Assembly: GCA_963779615.1 (NCBI GenBank)
Contig: CAVZZA010000005.1
Coordinates: 480,001 to 544,000 of the forward strand
Source of the DNA: an uncultured Nitrososphaeraceae archaeon
GTDB taxonomy: Archaea; Thermoproteota; Nitrososphaeria; Nitrososphaerales; Nitrososphaeraceae
Length of the DNA: 64,000 bases
Direction: 5' to 3'
The notes under the pieces are model-generated. The model worked only from the letters and a program-made list of their open reading frames with translations. It searched no databases and had not been told where the DNA came from. The translations under genes and the position numbers were made by a program. Of the stretch, positions 1-11,728 are shown piece by piece; the first letter of the stretch is position 1; every line of letters starts with the position of its first letter.

Positions 1-164
1 CTCATCAAGAGGTAACGGGCTCGATAAGGTTTTCAATGGGGCACCAAAACACAAGAGAAGAGATGGAAACCACAATAACAAGGTTAAAGGAAATAATTGC
101 AGAGCTAAGGGTTTTGAGTGAATTTGATTTTGACGTTAAAAAAAGGGTCAGGATCAGAGAATGA
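1..164 (+). CDS. iscS: 3' end of cysteine desulfurase (IscS/NifS family), partial
   Basis: Frame from base 3 reads HQEVTGSIRFSMGHQNTREEMETTITRLKEIIAELR...*, matching the GSIRFS(L/M)G..NT.EE C-terminal signature of class V aminotransferase cysteine desulfurases. Confidence 0.7.
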   Translation, partial: HQEVTGSIRFSMGHQNTREEMETTITRLKEIIAELRVLSEFDFDVKKRVRIRE

Positions 165-635
165 CTGATGCCGTTACAAAAGTTATTTTTGGATTTACCA
201 TAATTGTTGACAATAAAACGATTATCCCAAACAATAAAGTCAATATTTTTAACATATGTTCATGAAACAATTACCATTGTATTTAAGCGATTGGAATTTA
301 ACTATTTTGAGTTGACTGAAGAAAATTTCTTCTTATAAAACTTTTCAATATGTTCCATCTCGGGAATAAGAACTTCAACCACAATAAATAATGCATCATA
401 AGGAAAATAGTTCCCACATACTCAATGGATTCAAATATTGGATTTCATATTAAATCCCTGTGAATATCTTCATGGTTTCCACCATACTCGATATCTATTT
501 TAGTAACGATTTAGTGAGTGTCATAAATAATATTTTCCAATATTCCTTTGTATCATTGCACATATCACCTAGTTTGTTTCTTGTTGAAAATGGATCATAA
601 AAAAAGTAAAAAACTTGATGAATTATATAGATGAA

Positions 636-1658
636 CTATTTTTCTTTAACGCCTTCAATAACTCCAATGATTTTAGAGTTGGGATAATGGGTTTTATCAT
701 ATCCCCATCCAGACTGGTTTAAAATTGATTCATATTCTTCACTTGTTCTTTCTCTTCCAGATGTAGCACACATCATATGTATATCAAATAGTTTGGAAAA
801 ATGTGGTGTCTCCGGATTTGGTACAATATGTTCAATAATAAATACTTTAGATTTGTCAGATGCAGATTTATGAATGTTTGAAAGTATTTTTATACATTCC
901 TCATCATTCCAATCATGAAGAATCATTTTCATTATATATAGATCAGCAGAGGGGACTTGTTCAAACATGTCTCCTTTGACATATTTACAACGATCCTGCA
1001 AGCCCATCTTATTATGCCATGATGAATCATGGTTGTTGACTACAGGATCCAATTCCAATATTGTTCCATCGAGATGATCATATTTTGATAGCAAATGACT
1101 TAAAAGATGTCCTTGTCCACCACCAATATCACAAATATAAGATATATTCGAAAAACCGTATCCATTTAATGCTTCTAGTACCATGGCAGTATGCATTGCT
1201 GAATAGCTGCTCATTGCCTCATTGAAAACTTTAGAATATCCTGCATTTTTAAATGCATATTCAAATAGGCTATTGCCATATTCTGAAAGAAAGGCATTTT
1301 GTTGACCATCTTTAATCATTCTTGGTAAATGCTTCCATATTTGATAATGCTCTGGTCCTTCTTCCAGCAGCAAAACCCCTTGTAGTGATTGTGGATGATC
1401 TTTTCTTAACAGATCTCCTAAAGTGGTGATTGAGAATCTGCGGCCGTCCTCCTCTTCTTTTAAAAAACCTAAAGAGGCGATTGATCTTAGAATGCGATAC
1501 GCCATTGTTTCATCCAGATTCAAATCTTTTGCAATTTGACCTGTTTCCTCAGGGTTTGTTGTTAGATAATCAAATATCCCTAATTTGGCCCCTGTATACA
1601 GTATTTGACTTTTCCATCTGCCAAGAATTGTATCCGTGGCTTTATCAAATTCAGACAT
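636..1658 (-). CDS. SAM-dependent O-methyltransferase (Methyltransf_2 family with dimerisation domain)
   Basis: Motifs DIGGGQG, GDMF, ILHDW and GRERT, plus an N-terminal winged-helix dimerisation region. Confidence 0.9.
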   Translation of the reverse strand: MSEFDKATDTILGRWKSQILYTGAKLGIFDYLTTNPEETGQIAKDLNLDETMAYRILRSIASLGFLKEEEDGRRFSITTLGDLLRKDHPQSLQGVLLLEEGPEHYQIWKHLPRMIKDGQQNAFLSEYGNSLFEYAFKNAGYSKVFNEAMSSYSAMHTAMVLEALNGYGFSNISYICDIGGGQGHLLSHLLSKYDHLDGTILELDPVVNNHDSSWHNKMGLQDRCKYVKGDMFEQVPSADLYIMKMILHDWNDEECIKILSNIHKSASDKSKVFIIEHIVPNPETPHFSKLFDIHMMCATSGRERTSEEYESILNQSGWGYDKTHYPNSKIIGVIEGVKEK

Positions 1659-1993
1659 ATGATCATTCTGTCATTCTTTTTATTATCTGTTAATATGAAA
1701 AGATTAAGTTCCTGTATACTGTATTGTTGCTCTCCTCTGTCATTTTTTCATTCTTAGGCGATCTGTTGCATAACTGATCATTCTTTATTTTTTTATCTTC
1801 ATATTTTTAAAATGGATGAAACCCTTAACTAAACTCATGTAGATTTCCAAACGATTTCCACCACATTCGCTACCAATTTAAGTAACGATATTGTTACAGA
1901 TTGTGTAACAAGTCTAAGTTAACTAGGAATCATATTTTGTTTTTAAAATGCCTATTATATACACATCGTTATGAAATAAATGAGGTAGTTAAA

Positions 1994-2952
1994 ATGAGAG
2001 TATTAGTAACGGGGGCAACAGGATTTATCGGAAGCAATTTAGTTTCAAGATTAGAGTCTACAACAAAGACTTGGACCTACAAGCTATCACAAGAAGTGCT
2101 GACAAATTAAAGAAGAAAATCGGAGATTTGAGTATAGAGATTATTGAGGCTGATGTGATGGACTATTCAAGTCTAACGAAAGCCCTCAAGGGCTGTGATG
2201 TGGCATATTATCTTATTCACTCTATGGAAGGCTCGTCTACAAAGGAATGGAAAAAATTTGCTGAAAGAGACAGGAAAGCGGCTGAAAATTTTTCAAAGGC
2301 GGCCACAGAATGTAAAGTGGATAGAATTATTTATTTAGGCGGCCTAATTCACGCGAATGAAGGATTAAGCAGCAATAACAAAAGTAGCAACATATCAGAA
2401 CATATGAAAAGCAGACTTGAAGTAGGTAAGATACTTTCAACATCATCCGCAAAAGTTACAATTTTCAGAGCCGCTGTTATACTAGGAACTGGAGGAGCTT
2501 CCTATAAGATGTTAAGTTACTTGGTTGAGAGACTATGGATTATGGTTTGTCCAAAATGGGTTTTAACAAAATGCCAACCAATCGCACTAGATGATGTAAT
2601 CACGTATTTGGCTAAAGCGTTAGAGGTAGAAGAAACAAAAGGAAAGACTTTTGATGTTGGAGGTCCAGACACCCTAAATTATAAAGAAATGATGGTACAA
2701 TATTCTAAGATAATCAACAAAAAGTTCTTGAAAATAATTATAATTCCTTTTCTCACTCCGAGACTTTCATCATATTGGGTAGAACTCATTACACCGGTAA
2801 AAGCATCACTGGCAAGACCATTAAATGAAAGTCTCAAATTTAAATCAGTAGTCAAGGATAATCAAATAATAAAACTCATCCCAATTCAGTTGAAGAACTT
2901 TAAGGAAGCAATCATTATGGCTCGAAAGCAAAATGAAGAAAAACCAAAGTAG
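1994..2952 (+). pseudogene. NAD(P)-dependent epimerase/dehydratase (YbjT/NmrA-like), frameshifted near 2060-2070
   Basis: MRVLVTGATGFIGS Rossmann start at ATG 1994 is in a different frame from the body (2071..2952: AYYLIHSM, IIYLGG, FRAAVILG, QPIALDD). Confidence 0.8.
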
Positions 2953-3117
2953 CTTTGTAATTGATATAGAATTTGTGAAAGGTTGAGAAAATCCAAGCAA
3001 CTGCATATTTGATTGAACGTAATGCTCTTAATCGACTACCAAAGCATATTTCGTTGGAACCAAGGATTAAGAAAAGGAATGAGAGCCATTTGCATGTTTA
3101 TTACCTTGGTAGGACAT

Positions 3118-3525
3118 TCAGGATATCTCTTCCAACTTACTAAAATCCCCAAAAGTAACTATTGAACTTGGACTTATAAGTTCCATAAATTCCTTATACA
3201 TTTCATCCCCACTTTTATCACCCTCCATTGACTTCATAAACTCCTCTACATGTTTGGCATCCCTATAGGATTGTATTTCCAACCAGACGTCCTCGTCATC
3301 ATTAGCAGAAACGGTTCTTGATACGTTTACAAAGTCCATTATGTTCTCTCTAGCATTTAAGTTAAAGACTTCAAATTTTGATATACCGTGTTTCATAAAA
3401 AAATCATGAGAATGCTTGTTAATCCTTACTAAAGCATCATGATTTTTCTTTGGGGCACGGTAGAGAAAAATGGCTGCATGGCCACTAGATCCTTTTTGGT
3501 TTGTAATACTACCCGTATTGCTCAT
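3118..3525 (-). CDS. DUF1428-like dimeric alpha/beta-barrel protein
   Basis: Pattern Y.APKKNHDA...FMKHG...W.E.QSYRD..H resembles DUF1428; 135-aa clean ORF. Confidence 0.55.
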   Translation of the reverse strand: MSNTGSITNQKGSSGHAAIFLYRAPKKNHDALVRINKHSHDFFMKHGISKFEVFNLNARENIMDFVNVSRTVSANDDEDVWLEIQSYRDAKHVEEFMKSMEGDKSGDEMYKEFMELISPSSIVTFGDFSKLEEIS

Positions 3526-3729
3526 GCAGGATGGTCTAAAAGGGATACTATAAAAATGATCAAGGGATCAAAAGTATACGAGTAATCGATGAATTATTGA
3601 TTAAGTCAATTGTAATATTGGTTTTTTATTCGTTCTGTAGTAATGCTGTTGAGGATGGCCTTGCATAATAAACAATTTTGGTCCTTTATTCATTTTGGCT
3701 GAATTGTTCTCCTCCTTAAAAAAACCTTT

Positions 3730-3974
3730 CAAGTACTATTGCTATCCATTTCAATCAGTAATATCTATTGCCATGTACCTAACATCATTTGACCTTCTGT
3801 AAATGGGATAGTTAAGATTGGCCCAATCATGGATGAGCTTATGTGTGTGTACGTTTCCATCATGCCAAGTATCACATGTTCACATTCAATATCCTTTGGT
3901 GCTGCCCTAGATAACATCTTTGGACAGCCTTCCCTCCGTCCTGGTTCATACTCTATGGGCGTATTATCCTTCAA
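3730..3974 (-). pseudogene. yjbQ: YjbQ/UPF0047 (secondary thiamine-phosphate synthase) remnant
   Basis: IEYEPG...HISSSMIGPILTIPFTEGQMMLGTWQ*ILLIEMD; the LGTWQ signature is followed by a premature stop and the N-terminus is missing. Confidence 0.7.
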
Positions 3975-4636
3975 TTAATACGGTTCTGTTAACTTGATGA
4001 GGATGAATAAAACAAACCGACTTTACAAATTATTGTTATGATTTTAATTTGAAATTGATAAACAAGCCCAAGGCTATTACCTTTAAATTGAGTCCTGAAA
4101 TCTTTACTAGAATGCAGATTTTTACACATATTCAGAAAGGCTCTATTTGGGATGGAGAATGAAAGACAGCTCATAAAATAAAAGGTATCAAAACCCGATG
4201 AATAAATCCATCAAATTAAAAACTTACAATGAAAATAGGAGAAGTTTTAGTCGAATTAATAACATTTATTCAAGTCTCATAATTGCAGACTCGCTACCTT
4301 CTTTCAAAAAGAAGAGCCACACGCCTGAAAAATCAAATAAAAAATTGTTTGCCATATCAATAATATGGGAATATGGTAATGTGAATACCCCAATAGATGA
4401 ACCCCCATAAAATGTAGAGCCGTGGGTTAATTACGGCAATTCTCATCATAGTCGTAATACCCAACCAATGGCTTTGTTAATGATAATAAAAAGGAACCTG
4501 GATTTAGTATTATTTGGATTCAATGAAAACCTAAAAATTGTGTTAAAAATTGTTGATTGAACAAAATAAAAAGTGTCTTAACCCATCTTAAACACAACAG
4601 AAAGACTTTATTTGTTTTAATGTTTATCACATAACA

Positions 4637-5149
4637 ATGTCATCACCTTCAGAAACCAACAGCAACAATAACAATAATAACGGCAAGGTAAAAACAGGGG
4701 ACGCCGCTCCGGATTTTGAATTATTGGACACAAACCAGGAATTTCACAAACTGTCAAGCTATAAAGATAATCAGACCATTTTGGCATTTTTTCCAGCGGC
4801 AGGCTCTCCAGTTTGTACCACCGAAATGTGCAACTTTAGGGACTCTTTAAACGGTTTGCAGGACAAGAACACAAGGATTTTGGGAATATCTGTAGACAGT
4901 CCCTTTGCAAACAAAGTTTTCGCAGAGCATCATCACCTTAGTTTTCCCATACTAAGTGATTACAACAGAGAAACCATAGAAAAATACGATGTGGTAATGC
5001 CAAGTTTGGGAAAACTAAAAGACTACAAGGTGGCAAAGAGGTCAATATTCATAGTAGACAACAATCAAAAAATAAAATACAAGTGGGTATCAGACAATCC
5101 ACTCTTAGAACCTAACTACGAAGAAATTAGAAAAGCCATTGAAACTTAA
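4637..5149 (+). CDS. peroxiredoxin (AhpC/TSA, BCP/AhpE-like)
   Basis: GDAAPDFEL, FFPAAGSPVCTTEMC (PxxxSxxC), GISVDSPF, ILSD and the conserved Arg in AKRSIFIVD. Confidence 0.9.
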   Translation: MSSPSETNSNNNNNNGKVKTGDAAPDFELLDTNQEFHKLSSYKDNQTILAFFPAAGSPVCTTEMCNFRDSLNGLQDKNTRILGISVDSPFANKVFAEHHHLSFPILSDYNRETIEKYDVVMPSLGKLKDYKVAKRSIFIVDNNQKIKYKWVSDNPLLEPNYEEIRKAIET

Positions 5150-5735
5150 AAATAAGCGTACCAATAAAAAAAAGACAGGGAAATATTTCACCTAAACGGG
5201 ACAACACTTTCCTTTCCCATTTTTTTATAATTTTATTTTGTAGTGCTCACATGAAAAAATCAAGACACGGCTAGTCCGAGATTGATTTATCATTTTGGAT
5301 AATATCATGTGTCTAATTTGATTGACAGAAAAATCTATTCTTTTTGTCTTCTATCTCATTATAATATAACAATTATTAATTTTGTATATATACCATCTTT
5401 TATAAATTATTTGTAGAGTACATCAAGAAAAAACAATATTCTTTTGTTTTATATCATCATTATTGAAAATTTTACAATATCAATAAAAGTAATAGAGCAT
5501 ATGAAATCATGTTTCACAAAGGTTATATAGAAAGAATGTATAAAATTGTCAATGTATCACAATTCCATCTTCATTTTCATCTATTGCGGCGTGATTACGC
5601 CGTTTGAGGTGATATAGTTGGATAGCATACAGGACAAGAAAAAAGACAATGCAGTGTGCAATGCGATTTTTTTATCAGGAAAAAGACATGGCCATATAAT
5701 GACAAATCCCAATAGAGGGGAGTGTATGCACACAA

Positions 5736-6968
5736 ATGGGTATTACAGGTAAAGATTTTTCGGTTTATACGGATGAAGATACCAAAAGGCAAAACGCCCA
5801 GGTTTTAAAGGTAGAAAACACTAAGATTAACGAAGAACAAGTAACTTTCATTAATTATACCCACAGGTACTGTGTATGCTTTATTGACATAGTCGATTCT
5901 ACCAAAACTGCCAGCAAGATAGAAGGGTCGGAGAAGATAAGAGAGTTCTACTCCATATTCCTAAACACAATGGCCTCGATAATTAAAACCCATAATGGAA
6001 AGGTAATCAAGAATGCAGGGGATTGTTTGATTTACTATTTTCCCAAAACGGTAGACGGCTCAAATCAATTGGCCTTTAAGGATGTAATTGACTGCGGCGT
6101 GGCAATGATTGACGCAAACCCCATCATAAATTCAAGGCTAAACAAAGACGATCTGCCATCCATCAGCTATAGAATCAGTGGAAACTATGGAATTATGGAA
6201 CTTGCCATGTCACTAAATTCTAATAACGTTGATTTGTTTGGCCCCGCACTAAATGTTTGCTCAAAGATAAACCATTTGGCCCCACCTAACGGGATGGTTA
6301 TTTACAAGGATCTTTATGACATTCTAAAAGAAAATTTAGAAAATGAAGAATATCTCTTTAAAGAAATACAATGTAACAATGACGAGGAGTATAGAAAATA
6401 TTCAGATTTGGTATATTCGGTGCATCGCATTGAAAATCCTACAGAAAACACAAATGATGGCAGTGACAGCGAAACACAAAAGCGCAACACCCATCATCAA
6501 CTGTTACTGCAACAGCAAAATCAACAACAGCAAAATCAACAACAGCAACATCCACAGCAACGGCAACAAAAAAATAAACTAAATCAAGCCAATTCTTCCT
6601 ACAACATCTTACTGATAGATGATGATGCAGATATTCTTTTTACCTTCAGTGCTGTTATCGAGGGTGAAGGCTATCATTTAAAATCATTCAACAACCCCTA
6701 TGAGGCGCTTAATCATTTTTCCCAGGTGGACCCTTACTACTATGACCTCGTAATAACGGACATACGCATGCCAGGAATGAACGGCATTCAGCTTTATTCA
6801 AAACTCAAGGTCATGAACCCAGAAATTAAGGTGCTTTTCTTATCCGCTCTGGATGCGGTGGAGGAATTGTTGAGCATATTCCCCGATATAAAAGTCAGCG
6901 AGATTTTCAGAAAACCAGTTGAACCCCGAGAACTCATTTCAAAGGCATCTGCAATTTTAAAATTATGA
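5736..6968 (+). CDS. class III adenylate/guanylate cyclase domain fused to a C-terminal response-regulator receiver domain, with a poly-Q linker
   Basis: Cyclase motifs FIDIVDST, KNAGDCL and DLFGPALNVCSKI; receiver motifs LLIDDD, ITDIRMPGMNG, LSA and RKP. Confidence 0.85.
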   Translation: MGITGKDFSVYTDEDTKRQNAQVLKVENTKINEEQVTFINYTHRYCVCFIDIVDSTKTASKIEGSEKIREFYSIFLNTMASIIKTHNGKVIKNAGDCLIYYFPKTVDGSNQLAFKDVIDCGVAMIDANPIINSRLNKDDLPSISYRISGNYGIMELAMSLNSNNVDLFGPALNVCSKINHLAPPNGMVIYKDLYDILKENLENEEYLFKEIQCNNDEEYRKYSDLVYSVHRIENPTENTNDGSDSETQKRNTHHQLLLQQQNQQQQNQQQQHPQQRQQKNKLNQANSSYNILLIDDDADILFTFSAVIEGEGYHLKSFNNPYEALNHFSQVDPYYYDLVITDIRMPGMNGIQLYSKLKVMNPEIKVLFLSALDAVEELLSIFPDIKVSEIFRKPVEPRELISKASAILKL

Positions 6969-7753
6969 AATAACAGCAACAACAATTAATCTAATGCGTC
7001 CTAAACCAGATTTTTTTATTACATTTTTAACACAGGTTTTCTGAAATAGGCTTTTCCATTCTCTCAGCACACCGCTGTTGCTGTATTTATAGGATTGTTT
7101 TTTCGCCTTTCTACACCTGATGTCAACTCATGAGAAAGCGGTGACAGTGATGGCGAGGTGGTAAAACAATACACAATATGCAGGTAATGTAAACGAGACT
7201 GTGTTTTAGCTTTTTTCACAAAAACACAGCAGAGAAAATTGATATGGAGATATTTGATATACGCCCATTAGAATGGGTCATTAACTGTACGTCATGTTTA
7301 GACCCAAAACCAAAACATGTAGCTCTTCTTTGGTTATCCTACCGCTCTAAATTCCCACGGGTGTTTTGTTCAAGATAGTGTATGGTTTTTTGGGTTGAAG
7401 CCAGACCTTTTATGCCTTCCCTCCTTATCCTTTTGCCATTATCCGCAGTTGACGTTTGCTTCTATCAATCATGTCAGCAGATGCTTTCTGTCTGGTTACT
7501 GGTGACTAATAGATCTGTCTGCTACGCGATGTCCTTCCTAGCATTTTGTTCAGGATTAATGGTCATATGCCATTGTTCTGTTATCCCGCCTTGTACAATA
7601 ATTATTTGTTCTCACTTTGTTTATTGTGCAGGATATGCATCACACGCAACTTAGCTTAAAGTTGAAAAACTGTGATAGAAAGATCATCGTATATGTGTCC
7701 ATATAGAGAATATGGAAAAAGTATATTAGCAATGATGACGATATAGGTTTGCC

Positions 7754-8005
7754 ATGCCTTATAGATTTGCTATGCCCTTACAGATAGATAAGGGAACATA
7801 TATGGAAAAATTAGAAAGATTAAAGGATAACTTGGATTGGTTTAATGAAAATCATAAACACTTTAAAAAATATTATAGGAATCAATTTGTTGCAATTAAG
7901 GACAAGAGCTTTTTGGATAAGGACACTGAACTTGATGGACTGGTAAAAAGACTGGACATAAAAGACATTGATGATTCGATTGCGATAGAGTTTGTATATG
8001 GTTAG
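7754..8005 (+). CDS. small DUF5678-like protein
   Basis: WFNENH..FKKYYRNQFVAIKD pattern; paralog of 37352..37609. Confidence 0.6.
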   Translation: MPYRFAMPLQIDKGTYMEKLERLKDNLDWFNENHKHFKKYYRNQFVAIKDKSFLDKDTELDGLVKRLDIKDIDDSIAIEFVYG

Positions 8006-8558
8006 TATGCCAATCAGTATATATCCAAGCCACACTATCTCATCTATTTTTTTAACGTGCTAGTGGATAGGTTAGTTCCTGGTCATATTTTATGGGATTT
8101 TTTAATATGGAAATGCATTGTTTATCCTGAAATTTCCTATTTTGAGTGCTCTTTAATTGCAGAGTTATCCAGATAAAGAAAACTATAGTGAATTTAACAT
8201 TAAAATAAGTTTTAATCTTTATAAATTAGAAATTGACAAGCTTTGGTTATTCTGAAATTATCTTAATACATGATTCAAAATTGATCAGGGTTTAATTCCT
8301 TGTGGCAAATGGGTTCCAATATTTTAGAAATAACAGATTGTGAATGATCATAGATCTGTTTCATCAATTATGCAAGCATGATCCACTCCCATACGCAAAG
8401 CAACTGACACACATAATCTCAAAAAAAAGTCATGCAGATCAAACGCTCCATCGCGACTGGATGTATGTCACACGCCATCACCATCACCATCACCATCATC
8501 ACCTGATTCTTGCCTTCCTTCCATGCTCTAACAGTTGCAGTTTTTTGCCCTAAAGGAA

Positions 8559-9482
8559 TCAGTGGTTCTCTGCTGATTTTGTTTCCTTGGAGGCGCCATC
8601 CCGACCAACATAGTCGCAAAGAGACTTTACCATGGGCCCCATCTTGAAGACTTGGGGCATTACGTCCACATGACAACCATTCTCCTCAAGGGCTTCCCCT
8701 GTGGAGGGGCCAACTGCAGCTACGATGACATTTTCGTTCAGTGAGTCTTTTAGTGAGCTGCTCATGCCGTGAACATTGGCTATTTTGAAAAGATCTCTGA
8801 CGGAGGGGGGGCTTGTGAAGGTTATGGCATCGATATTCCCACCAATAATGTCCTCAATAAGCTTGACGACCTTACCCTCGTCAGGAGCAAGGAATTGAAA
8901 ACCCATTGCCTGTAGTATTGAGGCCCCATCCTTATGAGTCTCAAAAGAGTATGTGTAACTGGACGCTTCGATGATGTTTGATGCCCCTGCCCTGTAAAGA
9001 TCCTCCCTTATCTTTGCTGATTGCTCCTCGCCATGCCACAATATTGCAACAGTCTTCCCGGTTATGTCCCTACCCTTGAGCAGGTTCAGTATGCCTTTAA
9101 GGGTATTTTCCTGTGGTACAAAATCCACTTTAATGCCGAAACTTCTCAGTACCATCTGGGGTTTTGTACTTCTTGCGATGACGGTAACTTTCTTTAAGGA
9201 TGTGAGTAACGCCCCCTCCATTCCGCCACTTCTAGCCAGCGCCATAAGGGAAAAAACGCCTGGCCCGGTCATGAAGACCACATAATCTGCATCCTGTTTC
9301 ACAATCCTGTTGATGAATTCAGTGATGGACTTGTTTGGCTCGCTTAAGTTTGCCTCGATCCCAACGGTTGGGGCAATGTATGGCTTGCCGCCGAAATTCT
9401 CCACAATTCGCGCCAGCTCTGAGGCCCTTCGGCTTCCTGTGATTGCGACAGTTAACCCCCTGAGTGACATGGGGTTATTCAT
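8559..9482 (-). CDS. hemD: uroporphyrinogen-III synthase
   Basis: VAITGSRR, DYVVFMTG, DAITFTSPPSV and AAVGPSTGEAL motifs. Confidence 0.9.
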   Translation of the reverse strand: MNNPMSLRGLTVAITGSRRASELARIVENFGGKPYIAPTVGIEANLSEPNKSITEFINRIVKQDADYVVFMTGPGVFSLMALARSGGMEGALLTSLKKVTVIARSTKPQMVLRSFGIKVDFVPQENTLKGILNLLKGRDITGKTVAILWHGEEQSAKIREDLYRAGASNIIEASSYTYSFETHKDGASILQAMGFQFLAPDEGKVVKLIEDIIGGNIDAITFTSPPSVRDLFKIANVHGMSSSLKDSLNENVIVAAVGPSTGEALEENGCHVDVMPQVFKMGPMVKSLCDYVGRDGASKETKSAENH

Positions 9483-9818
9483 GTCCTTTCAAAAACTTAA
9501 TCGGATCATGGGAAATAGGGAGATTTAGTGGCATTTGCATCACATTGGACATTGTGAAGATTGATGATATATAGATTGGTTAAACTGCCGTCATTAGCCT
9601 TGCACATTGATGCGCATAACATGTGGCCAGTGACCTGTTGCTGTTGTCCGCTGTTAGATTACGGCTTTTGGATCAACCAGGCGCATGGGGGTTGAAAGTT
9701 AATTTCGGGTCTTTTTGGCTTTTTTTCTCAATTTCAACGGATATACCAGAGATGACACAAATACCGAACCATCATCCTTTGATTGAACTCGTATTCTGAA
9801 TTTCATAACCTGATTTTT

Positions 9819-11021
9819 CTAAGGCCGTTTCTCAAAAAACAGGTTAAGCTCATCTTTATCCAGTTTTGCCCTACTCAGATTCATTCCAATAGTTGCAACA
9901 GGCAATGGCACAACATTTGTGATGTAACCTGTTGGGCCTTTTACCTTTATTGCAAGCTGTTCCCCATAACGGCTGATATCAAAATCGGCCTTTTCGGTAA
10001 AAGGTACTTTCATCTTTATCCTTAACGAAGAATCCCCTTCTTTTAAAAATTCAAATACCTTTCCAGAGTAAAATATCCTTGAAGGATCGTCTTTTCCAAA
10101 TAGGGATTTAGCATTTTCCCCTAGCATTGCTATTCCTCGCAGCTCCTTTTCATACAATCTTGCCTCCTTGACAGGCAAGGGATAAAAATTGGATATGGCC
10201 TCTTCCACCTTTCTGTTCTGAAATTCGGCCCAATTTGCAAAATACTTATCAGAACTCCCCTTTGGCATAATTTTATTGATAATAACAAGGTCGACATTTA
10301 TGCCATATAGGTTGGCAGACATCAAGGCTCTTTTGGCGTTCTCGATGCTAAAGGTGTCTGGATTGGCCACTAACCTCAAACTTGTGGCATGAGAATCAGT
10401 TATCAGTTTTGACAGGGAATCAAGCCTGTCCATTAAATCCAGTTCCTTCTGCAATACATTGGAAGGAGGAAGGTGAGAGGATGAGGAAGAAGGGAAGCCT
10501 GAAAAAGCCTGGAACATTTTTGCAAATCCACTAAATACGCCTGTAAATCCTGTTAATTTTCTTCCAATACTTCCAGCCAACTTTGGAAAGTAAAGATACC
10601 TTAAAGCCTCACCTGATGCGGGCATATCCAACACTATAGCCTCATAGTCACCTTCATGCGTGACTTCTTCAATTTTTAGCAATGAGAATAATTGTGTCAT
10701 GCCTGGGAGCATGGCAAGCTCGTATGACAGCGTTTCATCAACACCTTTTGAAAAGAATGTAGATGCAAGGTATGATAGAATGGAGTTAAAATGCTTGTTT
10801 ATTTCTATAACCGGATCTACCTGCAATGCATACAAATTATCAATAACTTTTGAGGGTTCATTTCCAATGTAATCCATCATAAATGCATCACTTAGTGTAT
10901 GTGCAGGATCTGATGATAGTATCAAAGTCTTGTGATTATTGTCCGCAAGGTTTACAGCAGTAGAACACGACAAGACAGTCTTGCCTGTTCCCCCTTTGCC
11001 AGTATAAATTATTATTCTCAA
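9819..11021 (-). CDS. ArsA/Get3-family ATPase with C-terminal Hsp20-like domain
   Basis: Deviant Walker A GKGGTGKT, SSDPAHTLSD, DMPASGEALRYL and a beta-rich C-terminal extension. Confidence 0.9.
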   Translation of the reverse strand: MRIIIYTGKGGTGKTVLSCSTAVNLADNNHKTLILSSDPAHTLSDAFMMDYIGNEPSKVIDNLYALQVDPVIEINKHFNSILSYLASTFFSKGVDETLSYELAMLPGMTQLFSLLKIEEVTHEGDYEAIVLDMPASGEALRYLYFPKLAGSIGRKLTGFTGVFSGFAKMFQAFSGFPSSSSSHLPPSNVLQKELDLMDRLDSLSKLITDSHATSLRLVANPDTFSIENAKRALMSANLYGINVDLVIINKIMPKGSSDKYFANWAEFQNRKVEEAISNFYPLPVKEARLYEKELRGIAMLGENAKSLFGKDDPSRIFYSGKVFEFLKEGDSSLRIKMKVPFTEKADFDISRYGEQLAIKVKGPTGYITNVVPLPVATIGMNLSRAKLDKDELNLFFEKRP

Positions 11022-11728
11022 TAAAGAACATACACTACAAAAGACATTAAAAAATCTGTCAGTTTTCTTAGCGACTCAAAAGACAGGCAGAATCAGCCAC
11101 ACAGTGACAACGGGCACCTTTACACTACATTCTGCCTTCCAAATCAACGCAACTAGAACGGACTTGAACCCAAGAATGCACCATGCCAACAAAAGAGTAT
11201 TGTGAATTGAATTCCGTTGCCGGTTCAACCTATATTCTTTTGGTATTCAAGTTATCCAAACATGCATAAAGCTCAACATTAACTTTGAATCCACTAAAAG
11301 TTGTTATATTTAACTATCAACCCTCTTTAGGTTGACATGTCATTATTTTGAACTCCATCTTTTTTAATCATAGGAGATTCAGAAAATGTGACAATCGGCA
11401 TCTGTTTTGGCACATTATTTTTGTCTACTAGTGTTGCCACTCTGGCTTATAGGTTAGGGTATTAGTTATGGCGGTTGGGGCAAGGATCACGGAGGTCAGA
11501 GGTTGAGCCATGGTGGTGGTTACAGAGGCTGTGGCTGTGGGAGAGGCCTGGAGGTCCCCGAGAGGGGGGGTTGTGGCTGTGAGAGATGTTGTGGTGGCGG
11601 CAGGGGTTGTGGCATAGGTTGGGTTATCTGGTTCACTACACTTAATGAGTTACTCAGAGTTACTCACTACAAGCATACCAAATTTTTAGGCCTTTATAAA
11701 GGAATTGCAATATAAATAACTGATAACA

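Noticed and set aside
1760-1901. Possible 140-bp MITE starting GATCTGTTGCATAA
   Set aside because: Right end matches only weakly and no target duplication is visible
4198-4410. 70-aa + ORF and an antisense hydrophobic fragment (FLKEGSES, FTR1-like?)
   Set aside because: Too short and degenerate to assign
8344-8553. His9-containing ORF / (CATCAC)n run next to hemD
   Set aside because: Short simple repeat and the ORF has no other protein-like features; cannot be supported
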